NCBI GenBank assembly: GCA_038087875.1
Contig: CM075989.1
Span: 8,744,001-8,808,000 of the forward strand
Direction of reading: 5' to 3'
DNA length: 64,000 nt
Origin: Malacoraja senta
Taxonomy: Eukaryota
The notes under the pieces were generated by a model. The model ran no database searches and was not told where the DNA came from. It saw only the letters and a list, made by a program, of their open reading frames with translations. Shown piece by piece: positions 12,025-26,235 of the stretch. How positions within the stretch are numbered: the first letter of the stretch is position 1; each line of letters begins with the position of its first letter. A program made the position numbers and the translations under genes.

Positions 12025-13249
12025 CTGTCAGGACAACAACACAGAAGTTGGGATAACAGCAGAGGAAAATGATCTGTACCCTCACATTGCAAAATATTCA
12101 TTGCAAATCCTTCTTCCCAATGCCCCATTCGTTGAACAAACAGAAGACATATTATATTAAAGTGCAAAACATGCAGTCAAGCTAAAGTCAGGATATTATT
12201 TTAGGTTTTAATAGTGCATGGTGTCCCATCAACCCAAATGATGGCAGCTACATATGCTATTGCATCGGAAGGAGATGAGTCTTAAAGGAGAAGAGAGTGG
12301 AGGGAGGCAGGTAGAGTGAGAAGATAATTGTTGGGTGTGGAATTGATATAGGATCTTAACATTGGCTCCCTTTCTCCATCCAACAAATCCACCTGAGATG
12401 CTTGGTTTTCCAGCTGGTTTTATTTTGCATTTTAAGAATCTGCATTTAAAAAATATTTTGAAAACTTTTTGTTGAACATGGTAGAAGGCAAATGAAATAG
12501 GAGTCGTAGGCTATTTAATTCTTCGAATTCTTCTTCTGTCATTCACTAAGATTCACTTAAACGTCTGATGTTTCACCTAGGTGTCATTTTCATGTCCTAT
12601 CTCCCTGCATCTTAATGTCCTGAAATATAGGATATGAGGTTAATCCCCGGATGGCGGGACTGCCATATGAGGAAAGATTGGAAAGACTGGAGTTGAAAGG
12701 GCATTCACTGGAGTTTAGAAGGATGAGAAGGTATCCTATAGAAGCGATTGGACAAGCTAGATGCAGGAAAAATGTTCCCAATGTTGGGGGAGTCCAGAAC
12801 CAGGGGCCACAGTCTAAGAAAAAAGGGGAGGCCATTTAAAATTGAGATGGGGAAAAAACATTTTCACCCAGAGAGTTGTGAATTTGTGGAGTTCCCTGCC
12901 ACAGAAGGCAGTAGAGGTCAATTCACTGGATGAATTTAAAAAAAGAGTTAGAAGGAGCTCTAGGGGGCTGGTGGAATCAAGGGCTATGGGGAGAAGGCAG
13001 GCATGGGTTACTGATTGTGGATGATTGATCAGCCATGATCACAAAGAATGGCGGTGCAGACTCGAAGGGCCAAATGGCCTCGTCCTGCACCTATTTTCTA
13101 TGTTTCTATATCACCTCTTGCACTGAATGAACTACATGTCTGACCTTCAGTGTGGTGAGTTACAAAGATCCATCACCATCAGGGTGAAGACATTCTCATC
13201 TCGGTCCTAATTTTGTATAATAAAAGCAGCACGGTGCCCAATTCTAATA

Positions 13250-13552
13250 GGGTGGTACGGTGGCACAGCGGTAGAGTTGCTGTCATACAATGCCAGAGAC
13301 CCTGGTTCGGTCCTGACTACGTGTGCCGAAGTTTGTACTTTCCCCGTGACCACGTGGGTTTTCCCCGGGTGCTCCGGTTTCCTCCCACACTCCAGAGACG
13401 TACAGGGTTCTAGGTTAATTGGCTTTGGTAAAAATTGTAAATTGTCCCTAGTGTGTGGGATAGTGTTAGTGTGCGGGGATCGCTGGTCGGCGCGGACGTG
13501 GTGGGCCAAAGGCCTGTTTCCACGCTGTATCTCTAAACTAAACGAAACTAAA
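13250..13552 (+). mobile_element. tRNA-derived V-SINE (HE1-like); representative of ~18 copies (e.g. 10123-10428, 11446-11735, 19660-19946, 22545-22848, 36661-36945, 43830-44150, 46195-46495, 49828-50116, 60328-60570 + 63234-63316)
   Basis: Pol III A/B boxes (TGGCACAGCGG, GGTTCG/AATCC), V-domain GGTTTCCTCCCACA, CR1-like tail GGGCCGAAGGGCCTGTTTCC and (CTAAA)n. Confidence 0.85.
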
Positions 13553-16139
13553 TTCTGAGTCTATGAAACCCTGTTTCTAAATTCCTCAGATTATAGTGGT
13601 GTTCTTATGAAAGTGAAGTTGACACACAGACCAGACCCCTGGGGAGAACAGCACTGAAGTGTCCTTTAAGCAACACGGATATGGTGATGGGTTCACTTTC
13701 TATGTGGATGCTGAAGGAATTGTCCCCACACCTGGTCTAATAGGGTGAATTGAAGGAAGGATGCAAAGCCTTCCCACAAGTGGTGGAGCTGCAACTGTGG
13801 AGGACGCAGAGAGATCTGGAGCACAGAGCTGGGATTTGATCGCGATGAGGGGATAACAGGACAGGTCTAGATATCAGCTGACGTTGCTGCTCCTTATGTG
13901 AATCAGAAGCGTTCAGGCCTGAATGCAGCAACACCAATCCTAGATTCAGATAGCACCAAAACAGGCCCTTCGGCCCACTAAGTCAGTGCTGACCATCAAG
14001 CACCCATTCGCACTAATCCTACTTTATTTTTCCCATGTATCCATCAGCTCTCCGCAGATCTGACCAGATACTACACACTAGGGACAAGCTAGACAGAGCA
14101 GCCAACTCACCTTCCAACCTAGTGTGTAAGAAGGAACTGCAAATGCTGATTTATACCGACGATAAACACAAATGCTGGAGTAACTCAGCGGGTCAGGCAG
14201 CATCTCTGGAGCAAAGGAATAGGCGAGGTTTCGGGTTAGAACCCTTCTTCAGACTGAAAGATAGAGGTTTGTGGGGAGGGACATGTGAAAAGGCCACCTA
14301 TTCCATTTTATTCAGAGATGCTGCCTGACCCGCTGAGTTACTCCAGCACTTTGTGTTCATAGGTTCATAAGTGATAGGAGCAGAATTAGGCCATTCAGCC
14401 CATCAAGTCTACTCCGCCATTCAATCATGGCTGATCTATCTTTCCCTCTTAACCCCATTCTCCTGCCTTCTCCGCATAACCCCTGACATTGTGTCTATCT
14501 TCTGACCTAGTATGTAGGCTCACACTAAGGTCACAGTCTAGAGAAAACCACGAGTCAGCAAAATGGTGCAGAATCCTCATAGAAACTTCATTCGAAGATA
14601 AACACTGATGACGTCAACAGCTTTAGGCAAAGGGAAACATGTACATGAGGAAAGAAAGATAGGGCGGAGAGCGCTGGTGTGGAGGATAAACAGCACAGGA
14701 TCTCTGAGCTGTATGTTCCATGTGCGGAAGGGAACACCCTGCCACTCGATGCCGCTGCCAGGAAGGAAAGAGCTCCTTTTCTGTCTTCACGTAGCTCGAT
14801 GACTGGCAGGGAGAGAGAGCAGCACCGCTGATGTTGTAAACAGTGATCTAATCTCTGAATGCAAGCAGCACAGGCAGTCTGCTGCTGAACGGCCCTGCCT
14901 TGGCATTTTCATAGCATTCGGCTTCAGCTCCAGGTGTTAGAGTAGATGAACGGTTATCTGGTGAAGCTGCACTGGTTCTTGCTCGATGTAGCCTGTATGT
15001 CCACCCCCTATGGAGTATGGACAAGTCTGGCTATGCTGATCATTATATGCTAGCATTAATAGGCCTGCTATGCTGCTGATATAATTTCAGCTGCAGGAAT
15101 TTCATTGTTCCATTGTCCATATGGTAATTAAACACCTTGTCTCTCTTGATGTAGTCAGGATGAAACCTGAATCTCTAGTGCTGTAAGGCAGCAACTCTAC
15201 CAATTTGGTTTTGTGCACCCCTTTATCTTTATAGAATGTATGTGTCATTTACGTAAGATTTATATGTAATTTATGTTGTGTGTTGTCTAAGTCCATGGGT
15301 TCAAGGTGAGGTGGAAAAGATTTAATAGGAACACGAGAGGCAACTTTTTCCACACAAAGGGCGGTGGGTGTGTGGAACAAGCTGCCGGAGGAGGTAGTTG
15401 AGGCTGGGACTATCGCAACATTTATGAAAGATTTAGACACGTACATGAATAGGACAGATTTAGAGGGAGGTGGGACTAGTGTAGATGGGGCATGTTGGTC
15501 AGTGTGGGCAAGTTGGGCCGAAGGGCCTGTTTCCAGGCTCCATAACTCCATGACACTATGACTGTGATGCTGCTGCAAGTAAGATTTTCATTGTACCTGT
15601 ACCTCTCTGTACTTGTGCAGACGACAATAAACTTGACGATTTAACTAGGTCGGAGAGGTAGGTGTTAGAGGGAGAGTTAGTTAAGAGAGGAGTAACAAGG
15701 GTTTTCCAGAGCTGAGGGCAAAACTAGAGGAGCACCGAGAAATGTTCGCTGGCAGAGATTATGGAGATAAATAACATTGGAATGAGTCAAAGACAAAGGA
15801 ATGAAGATTAAAATCTGGGGAGGAATGCAGACCAATTTGTATTTCAGAAGAATCGGAATGTATACGGATACTGTACAGTAAAGACACCTCAGTTAAATAG
15901 CAGGTTGATTCCTTAGTATTCAGCTCTGCTTATTATTGAACAGTGAGTTATCCAGAGTGAGCAAGAGAGAGATACAATTAAATAGAGAGCAGAGATGGAT
16001 ACAGCATCAAAGGAAGCCATCCAGCCCATTGTAATGTTCTGCGTCTTGGTAAAGCTGGCTAGGGATTTCACTGTCCTGTTCTTTCCTGTGATTCTTTTGT
16101 AGAATTCTTACTGGGGAAGCACGGTGATATCACGGTGCC

Positions 16140-16800
16140 TTCATTTAACCGCACGTGTCTGGCAGAAGCACAGCAAGGCCTCTACTTCCTGAGCAGACTG
16201 AGGATATTCGTCATGTCTCCAATAACTCTTACAAACTTCTACAGATGCGCCCTCTGCCACAAGACTGTAAGAAATTGCAGAGAATTTGTAGATGCAGGCC
16301 AGGCCATCACGCAGACCAGGCCATTGACTCCATCTACACTTCGTGTTGCCTTGGAAAAGCAGCCAACATAATCACTGAGTGGTCCCACCCTGGTCACTCC
16401 TTCTTCTCCCTGCTCCCGTCCAGCAGATGCAGGAAGCTTGAACGTCCGTCACCACCAGACTCAGGAATAGCTTCCACCTCTCTTTTATCAGGATTCTGAA
16501 CAGCCCTTCCATAAGCTAGGGTACTGTCCAATTCACTTTTACCCCATTGTTTGACATTGAACTTTGTCTATGGAACGGATATGCCACAAAGCCGAGAACT
16601 AATTCTGCACTCTGCCCCCTTTGTTCTATCTATTGTCCATGAGTTTAACTTGCCTGTATTTACGTGTGGTAGATCTAATCTGTTTGGATAGTATAGTATT
16701 TTTAATGACCACACAGCCAAGCTGGTGGAATTTTTGGGTTGGATAGCATGCAAACCAAAGCGTTCCACTCTACCTCGGTATAGGTGACAGTAATAAACAT
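16140..16800 (+). mobile_element. Rex1/Babar-like LINE 3' fragment
   Basis: AQQGLYFLSRLR...TNFYRC and HPGHSFFSLLPS motifs; tail CACT(C/G)TACCTCGGTA..GTGACA.TAAA. Confidence 0.65.
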
Positions 16801-17009
16801 CAGAAACTTCACATGAACCAAGCTTTTCTTATGGTTTAAAGGTTATTTGCTGCTACTGTTGAGTGTGGGGCTTTTAGCCTTAGTGAAAAGCTCTTGGGTA
16901 TTAGATTGGCCTCTCCGCTGGGCTATGTCTGACATTGCAGTACTGCGACGTGAGGTGGGATTGCGGCTACAATGGGCACCAAGCAAGTACTGGTATTGAA
17001 AGGTCGGAC

Positions 17010-17100
17010 CTCTGTTCATGCCGCTGAGCCACTCGTCTGCCGTCAGTGCAGGCTCCGTCCCAGGTGTCATCGGGTAGATATCTTCTTGGTACGTTTCAGA
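17010..17100 (-). CDS. CORO2B: CORO2B coding exon ([31 protein letters not shown])
   Basis: cag| acceptor and |gtccga donor; 91 bp; coronin YQEDIYP motif. Confidence 0.93.
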
Positions 17101-20100
17101 CTGAAAAAACAAAAGCAATCGAACACAGTGAAATAGAAGAAACAATTGCAGATGCTGGTTTATTCCAAAGATAGACACAAAGTGTTGGCGAAACTCAGCG
17201 ATTCAAGCAGCATCTCTGGAGGGAAACGATAGGTGACATTTTGGGTTGGGACCCAAGGGTCTGGACCAGAAACATCATCTTTCCTTTTTCTCCAGAGTTG
17301 CTGCCTGACTCACAGCTCCAGATTCAGGGACAGTTTCTTCCCAACTGTTATCAGGCAACTAAACCATCCTACCAACAACTAGAGAGCACTCCTGAAGTAC
17401 AATCTACCTCATTGAAGACCCGCGGGCTGTCTTTGATCGGACTTTACTGGCTTTATCTTGCACTAAACATGATTCCCTTTATCCCCTTTATCATGTATTT
17501 TTACACTGCGGACGGCTCGATTGTAATCATGTATTTGTCTTTCCACTGACTGGTTAGTACGCAACAAAAGCTTTTCACTGTACCTCAGTGCACGTGACAA
17601 TCAACTATACTAAGCTCAAACTGGCCCGCTGGGTTACTCCAGCACTTTGTGTCTATCTGCAGTGAAATAGAAGTCGGCACAAGGAAGGTGACCCAATGCC
17701 TAGATTTGAGCAAAATCATTCATTTATCTCATTAAAAAATAACCATCCACCACGACCGCAAACCAATTATTGAGAAGCCCCCAGACAGACCAGCCCAGGG
17801 ATGGAGGCTGTTCTATCGTTCAACTAGATCCCAGCTCTGCTGCAGATCGATTCCAGCCACTTGTTGAACTTCCACACCCTCCGACTGTTGAATTAACCCT
17901 TATTGTTTTATTGGGGGGAGGGGGATATTCCAGATTCTGTACTGTTACTCCTGTTGGGAAGTAGGTCTTGAGATCGCCCAGGATGATTTTGTTGCACTTT
18001 TGAATTATATCTTCCACTAGTTATAGAATGTCAATTCTCCAGTGAATGTAATTCCACTTCCAATCAGACCCTGCTGATTCCCTCTTCCTGCTGGCTTCCT
18101 CTGCCAGGGATATTTTGAGCCGTAACCAAGGTTCCTTCCTCGAAGGCCAGAGCGTTGAGGGGTGTCATTATGAGTCTGGGTTTCTGGCATTTTATTGACC
18201 TCTTCAGACTGAAGACAGGCCAGTGAGTGGTCGGTCGGTGGCAGGGGGAGAAGAAACCAATGCATAGATCATCTCTGTGTGGAAAGAAACTGCAGATGCT
18301 GGTTTATACCGAAGATGGACACAAAGTGCTGGAGTAACTCAACGGGTCAGTCAGCATCAACGGAGAGAAGAAATAGGTGACGTTTCGGGTCGGAACCCTT
18401 CTTCAGACTGCTGGGAGAGTTGCCAGGTAAGCTTACCAAGCTCAAGTCACATTTATTGTCACAAGCATCAATTGGTACCGTGAGATTCGAGTTACCAGAC
18501 AGCCATATACCAATGAAAAAATAACACAATACACGATAGAGTTTAACATAAACATCCCCCCGCAGCGGAATCAACGTTCCCACTGTGAGGGAAGGCAATA
18601 AAGTTCAGCCATCTTCCTCTTTGTTGCTCGATAAGAAAAGGGTCATTAATAATTGTGAAAACCTTTGAAATGTACACATTTGCAAAATAAAACTCTTTGC
18701 ACTGATTCTGCCTGAGCTTTCTTTTCGGTGCAAGATGATCATTGTGGCTGTACCTCACCCCACGTGGTGTACATGGCAATAAGCTTGACTTGATTTGGAG
18801 ATGCCGGTTTTGGACTGTTACGCAGGCACTGTTAACGCCTGTGACTCAGGCAGTGGTCAGTTGGCGGAAGGGTTGCTTCTCTGAAGCAGACATCCCCACT
18901 GACAGGCACATTTTCCAGGAGAGAGGGCAGGCTTTGGCCCAACACTGGGGTGCTGTAGGCCATAAGAGTTCATAAGACATAGGAGCAGAATTAGGCCCTT
19001 GAGTCTGCTCCGCCATTCAATCACGGCTGATCTATTTTTCTCTCTCAACCCCCTTCTGCTGCCTTCTCCCCGTAATCTTTGACATCCTCACTAATCAAAA
19101 ACATATCAATCTCTGCTCTAAAAATACCCAATGACTTGGCCTCCACAGCCACCTGTGGCAATGAATTCCACAGATTCACCACTCTGTGGCTAATGAAATC
19201 TCTCCTCATTAGCTCACAGGACATGACCAAGACGACGCGCCTCTCCCGACCTTGGCTACTCCGTGCCTGTACTGGGTCCTCAGTGATCAGCTTCTTCCGG
19301 ATGTAGACGCCTCCTACACAGACCTCCCTCTGGGATTATTGTCTTGGAAGGGTCTGTAGTGGTTTAGGAAATGACTGCACTGCGTACCAATGTGAGAGAA
19401 CTCAAGCTGGACATTGGAGAGCTCAGCCTTTTGTTATAATCAGCGTGTTGGCATAGCAACGGATTAGGAGGAAGCTTTCCTTAGGCCGATCAGATAATGG
19501 GCTGCAACGAGTTATCCAGCTCTTTGACTTTCGCTTGAAGGGCCTTCAGTCACGTTTCTATTGGTGAGAGAATCTGGCCGCAAGTACTGCGGTAACAATG
19601 ACTTGCATTTGTGTGGAACCGTTCCATGGAAACAAGCCACAAGCCCCTCCTCGGTAATTTAGGTTAGTTTACAGGTACAGGCCCTTCGGCCCACCGAGTC
19701 CGTACCGACCAGCGATCCCCGCACATTATCTACACACACTAGGGACAATTTACAATTACACCAAGCCAATTAACCTACAAACCTGTTCGCCTTTGGAGTG
19801 TGGGAGGAAACCGGAGCACCTGGAGAAAACCCGCGCAGGTCACGGGGAGAACGTATAAACTCTGTACCGACAGCTCCCGTAGTCAGGATCTAAGCCGGGT
19901 CTCTGGCGCTGCAAGGCAGCAACTCTACCGCTGCGCCACTGTGCCGTCCACGATAGTAATGTTACCAAAACATGTTTTAGTCCCCATGAAAATTTAAGCC
20001 ATTAATAAAGGAACAGGTTTTTAATTGAAAACACTTTTTCAGATTGTGACCCTGCAAATGTTTTTACTTAAACTTCAGTGAAAAAGTGCTTTCTGGAATT

Positions 20101-20775
20101 GAAGTGAACATACATGAAACATGTGTTGGCGCACCTGGTTTAGTTTAGCCGTTCATGGATGTGCTTAACATATCTACCCTGTTAATCCCACTTCCCGTTC
20201 GATTCCTCTAATCCTGCCCTGCTGTGTGATCACATGGTACACAGCAATTTCCGTCTGCACAAGACCCCTATCCATCCATTCCCTGCATATCCATGTACCT
20301 TCCTCAAAGTCTCTCAAATGCCAGCCCTGGTAGTGGGTTCCAGACACCTCCCACTCTGTGTATAAAACTTGCCCTGCACAAGGCCTGTAAACACCCCTGG
20401 AGCACATCCCTGAGTTCCCCAGTACGCAGAGTGCTATTTTGAATGAAAACGATATCACTGTTTCTTCATTGTGGTGACACTTCCCAGCTGACAGCGTGGT
20501 GGGAGTATTTACTTCATGTGATGCCTGATACTTCAAGTATTAACTCACTGCTGATGTCCCAAGGATAACTCGACATGGGAAACAGAAACCAGTCATGCCA
20601 GCCACGTCCACATTCCGCAAATGAATAAACAAAAAAAAAAGATTAAAAACCCCCCCTTTCGAAAGTTGCAGTTGAACCTGTTTCCGACCTCCCCTTCCAC
20701 AGTGCATTCCATTCGAGAACAGGCTCTGTAGCCTGGCTCTGACGCTGGAAACAACTGTAGGTTATTCTCACTCAC

Positions 20776-20888
20776 CCTTCGTGGCACGATCATCGATATT
20801 GGCTCGATCACTCCTTTCAGTGTAACCACCTTGTAGAACCGAAACACCTCACACATGGACACATCCAGCCCGTGTTTTGGCATCACAC
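20776..20888 (-). CDS. CORO2B: CORO2B coding exon (G-VMPKHGLDVSMCEVFRFYK...SMIVPRR)
   Basis: cag| acceptor and |gtgagt donor; 113 bp, restores phase. Confidence 0.95.
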
Positions 20889-20954
20889 CTGCAACACGTA
20901 CAAAGAAGCCTCCAATGAGCTCCTAAAAATTAAAAATATTAAAACATCACGTAT

Positions 20955-22202
<1,248 letters not shown>

Positions 22203-22998
22203 TATCTTTCATAGGAAGCCCACGCTCGCTAACTCTGTTGATATCTATACGTTCAACATATTCAATGTATTCATTGAATGCATGTAATTCACATTGAATT
22301 TACCTTGAATTCAATGTATTCAAGGGAGAGTTAGATATAGCTCTTAGGGCTAACGGAATCAAGGGATATGGGGGAGAAAGGAAGAATGGGGTACTGATTT
22401 TGGATGATTAGCCATGATCATATTGAATGGCGGTGCTGACTCGAAGGGCCGAATGGCCTACTCCTGCACCTATGTTCTATGTTTCTATGTTTCTATGCCT
22501 GCACAGGTGGTGGTAACAGTGTGCCCAGAATCTTCCCTTCATTTTAATTTAGTTTCATTTCGAGATTCAGCTTGGAAACAGGACCTTCGGCCCACCGAGT
22601 CCGCGTCGACCAGCAATCACCCATACACTAGTTCACTCCTACACACACTGGGGACGATTTTCAGAAACCAATTTAACCTGCAAACCTGCACATCTGTGGA
22701 AGGTGGGAGGAAACAGAGCACCCGGAGAAAACCCACATGGTCGCAGGGAGAGCGTACAAACTCCGTACAGACAGCACCCATAGTCAGGATTGAACCTGAG
22801 TCTCTGGCGCTGTAAGGTAGCAACTCTACTGCTGCACCACTGTGCTGCCCGTAACCTGGGTTCCATTGACCTTGCTAGTTTCTGCTAACTAGCAGCAAAA
22901 CCGTGACTGTGTTTATTAACTGCAGGGTTCTCACTAGTTTCCATTAATTCACTGCAGAAATTATTTAAAAACCAATGGGATTAAATCTGTGATCTTAC

Positions 22999-23095
22999 CC
23001 ATCCCCTTCTGTGGAGCTGGTGAGCGATATTCCATCAAGTAGTGGAGATATGGTTTCTCAGTGCTAATTTCATAGTATCGGATATTCCCATCACC
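22999..23095 (-). CDS. CORO2B: CORO2B coding exon (GDGNIRYYEISTEKPYLHYLMEYRSPAPQKGM-G)
   Basis: Translated by hand; KGD motif completed across the junction; |gtaaga donor; 97 bp. Confidence 0.95.
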
Positions 23096-23725
23096 CTGTA
23101 CAAGAGAAGATTGGGCACAGGAAATGTAAAATGCTCATTGCATTGTTGAGATCATTTTCAATGTTGCTCATTGATCAATAACCTGATGGATCTGGTTTCT
23201 TGCTCGTTTTGGAAATCACTCCCTTTACTTCGAATGAATGAAAATGAGGTGTGTTTCAGAACAGCCGGCCCTTTGCCAACTTGTGGGAAGACTGAATAGG
23301 ATTGTCCCGTATACATTACAGTTGGGTCTAATGAATGGGGATCTCCTTGACATGATGGATGTTGGAAGGGAATGATTAAGCGAATATCGGGAATCTTAAA
23401 CAAAGTCACATTCGCCGGGTCCGTGACTGGGCATTTGTGATGGAAGCGAGCTGAATATTTTCCCTTCAGTGGATGTGATTGTTTGGAATTCTCCAGCCAG
23501 AGTGATCAGTGCCAAAGAAAGAGCGATTGATTTTCCCACATGGAAGGGTGTGGGGTATGGGATGGGATTGAGTGGAAACTGAAGCATGAGGGGTTGGGGC
23601 ATAGTATGCAGGATCAGCTGGGACACATTGAATGGGGAGTGGGCCTGGATCTTGTGGACTGCTTCACTCCTGCTTCTTTGGTTCTTCCGTATCATTGCTT
23701 CCCTAGATGAAACAGCAGATATATA

Positions 23726-25342
23726 CAGTGGCTTGCAAAAGTATTCATACCCCTTGAACTTTTCCACATTTTGTCACGTTACAACCACAAACGTAAATGT
23801 ATTTTATTGGGATTTTATGTGATAGACCAACACAAAGTGGCGCATAATTGTGAAGTGGAAGAAAAATGATACATGGTTTTCAAAATTTTTTAACAAATAA
23901 AAAACTGAAAAGTGTCGCGTGCAAATGTATTCAGCCCCCTTTACTCTGATACCCCTAAATAAAATCCAGTGCAACCAATTGCCTTCAGAAGTCACCTAAT
24001 TAGTAAATAGAGTCCATTTGTGTGTAATCTAATCTCAGTATAAATACAGCTGTTCTGTGAAGGCCTCAGAGGTTTGTTAGAGAACATTAGTGAACAAACA
24101 GCATCATGCAGCCCAAGGAACACACCAGACAGGTCAGGGATAAAGTTGTGGAGAAGTTTAAAGCAGGGTTAGGTTATAAAAAAATATCCCAAGCTTTGAA
24201 CATCTTACGGAGCACTGTTCAATCCATCATCCGAAAATGGAAAGAGTATGGCACAACTGCAAACCTACCAAGACATGGCCGTCCACCTAAACTGACAGGC
24301 CGGGCAAGGAGAGCATTGATCAGAGAAGCCGCCAAGAGGCCCATGGTAACTCTGGAGGAGCTGCAGAGATCCACAGCTCAGGTGGGAGAATCTGTCCACA
24401 GGACAACTATTAGTCGTGCACTCCACAAATCGGGCCTTTATGGAAGAGTGGCAAGAAGAAAGCCATTGTTGAAAAAAAGCCATAAGTCCCGTTTGCAGTT
24501 TGCCACAAGCCATGTGGGGGACACAGCAAACATGTGGAGGAAGGTGCTCTGGTCAGATGAGACCAAAATTGAAGTTTTGGGCCTAAATGCAAAACGCTAT
24601 GTGTGGCGGAAACCTAACACTGCACATCACCCTGAACACACCATCCCCACTGTGAAACATGGTGGTGGCAGCATCATGCTGTGGGGATGCTTTTCTTCAG
24701 CAGGGACAGGGAAGCTGGTCAGAGTTGATGGGAAGATGGATGGAGCCAAATACAGGGCAATCTTGGAAGAAAACCTGTTAGAGTCTGCAAAAGACTTGAG
24801 ACTGGGGCGGAGGTTCACCTTCCAGCAGGACAACAACCCTAAACATACAGCCAGAGCTACAATGGAATGGTTTAGATCAAAGCATATTCATGTGTTAGAA
24901 TGGCCCAGTCAAAGTCCAGACCTAAATCCAATTGAGAATCTCTGGCAAGACTTGAAAATTGCTGTTCACAGACGCTCTCCATCCAATCTGACTGAGCTTG
25001 AGCTATTTTGCAAACAAGAATGGGCAAAAATTTCAGTCTCTAGATGTGCAAAGCTGGTAGAGACATACCCCCAAAAGACTTGCAGCTGTAATTGCAGCGA
25101 AAGGTGGTTCTACAAAGTATTGACTCAGGGGGGCTGAATACTTTTGCACGCGACACTTTTCAGTTTTTTTATTTGTAAAAAAATTTGAAAACCATGTATC
25201 ATTTTCCTTCCACTTCACAATTATGCACCACTTTGTGTTGGTCTATCCCATAAAATCCCAATAAAATACATTTACGTTTGTGGTTGTAACGTGACAAAAT
25301 GTGGAAAGGTTCAAGGGGTATGAAAACTTTTGCAAGCCACTG
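23726..25342 (+). mobile_element. Full-length Tc1 (DD34E) transposon, Passport-like
   Basis: TA target duplications at 23724-25 and 25343-44; ~215-bp TIRs starting CAGTGGCTTGCAAAAG; internal transposase ORF. Confidence 0.95.
24106..25123 (+). pseudogene. Tc1 transposase with a +1 frameshift near the C-terminus
   Basis: Paired-like HTH, GRPPK, WSDETK, QQD-34aa-E (SPDLNPIE). An extra C in the run at 25068-72 shifts the canonical YPKRLAAVIAAKGGSTKY* end. Confidence 0.9.
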
Positions 25343-25540
25343 TAGGTGGAACCCTCAGGCCCAAGTGACAAGAAACAATGAATCTATATATTACTGCTTG
25401 TAGTATTAACAGTTGGAAATGTGATCTGATGTAACTGTTCCTTGGTAGCAGAGAAAGGGTGTAACCTCTTCAAGAATCATCTCCCACCCCCACCCTTAGC
25501 ATCACCTTCGAATGAGACAGGGAGGTCATAATGGACATAA

Positions 25541-26021
25541 AGGGCCTGTCCCACTTGGGCGTCATTTGCGCGTCATATGTAAAATAGTTCGATGCGTCGT
25601 GATGCGCGACGTCGCGCACAAATCATGCGTCATCACGCGTCAGCACAGCCGTCTGGTGCGCGTGACGTCATTAGAATACCCTGCGGCGCACGGCAGGACG
25701 TTGACGCACAGACGTTAGGACGTTGACGCACGGTGACGCGATACACGTGAGACGTCGGGACGCCAGCGTACGACGCCAATGCATCAGCATGCGTACCCAA
25801 TGCGTCAGCGTGCATACGTGATACGCATCCTCGCGTGCATACGCAAGGATTTCGTTCCTGTACTAAATCCTGGAGAGCCGCGCGATACCGCACGCCACCG
25901 CATGCGATTCCACGCCTCACCATGCGCAACGCATGCGCACCCGACGCGTCACAACGCGTCGACCTAATTTACATTTAACGCATAAATGAGGCGCAAATGA
26001 CGGCTAAGTGGGACAGCCCCT
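25541..26021. mobile_element. PIF/Harbinger-type MITE with very CpG-rich interior
   Basis: Same TIR; flanks TAA/TTA; iterated GCGTCA/GACGC motifs. Confidence 0.8.
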
Positions 26022-26130
26022 TTACTCCAGGCAAGGGGGGATGGATACAGCACAGTCACACCTTGTGTTGTTGGCATTCTCATTTCTCCTCCCCTTTTCA
26101 AAATGCATTGTGAACTGACGGATCATTTAC

Positions 26131-26235
26131 CTTTCCAGCTAAGTACAGCATGTGTGTATCACCATCGTAGAAAGGGAACAGGAGCCCCGAGAGACCATCG
26201 ATTTCTTCTTCTTTAATTGGCATCGATAAGTCGTC
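26131..26235 (-). CDS. CORO2B: CORO2B coding exon (DDLSMPIKEEEIDGLSGLLFPFYDGDTHMLYLAGK)
   Basis: cag| acceptor and |gtaaat donor; 105 bp; coronin PFYD...LAGK motif. Confidence 0.95.

Noticed and set aside
13250..13325. tRNA-like sequences at many positions
   Set aside because: They are SINE heads followed by the SINE body, not tRNA genes.
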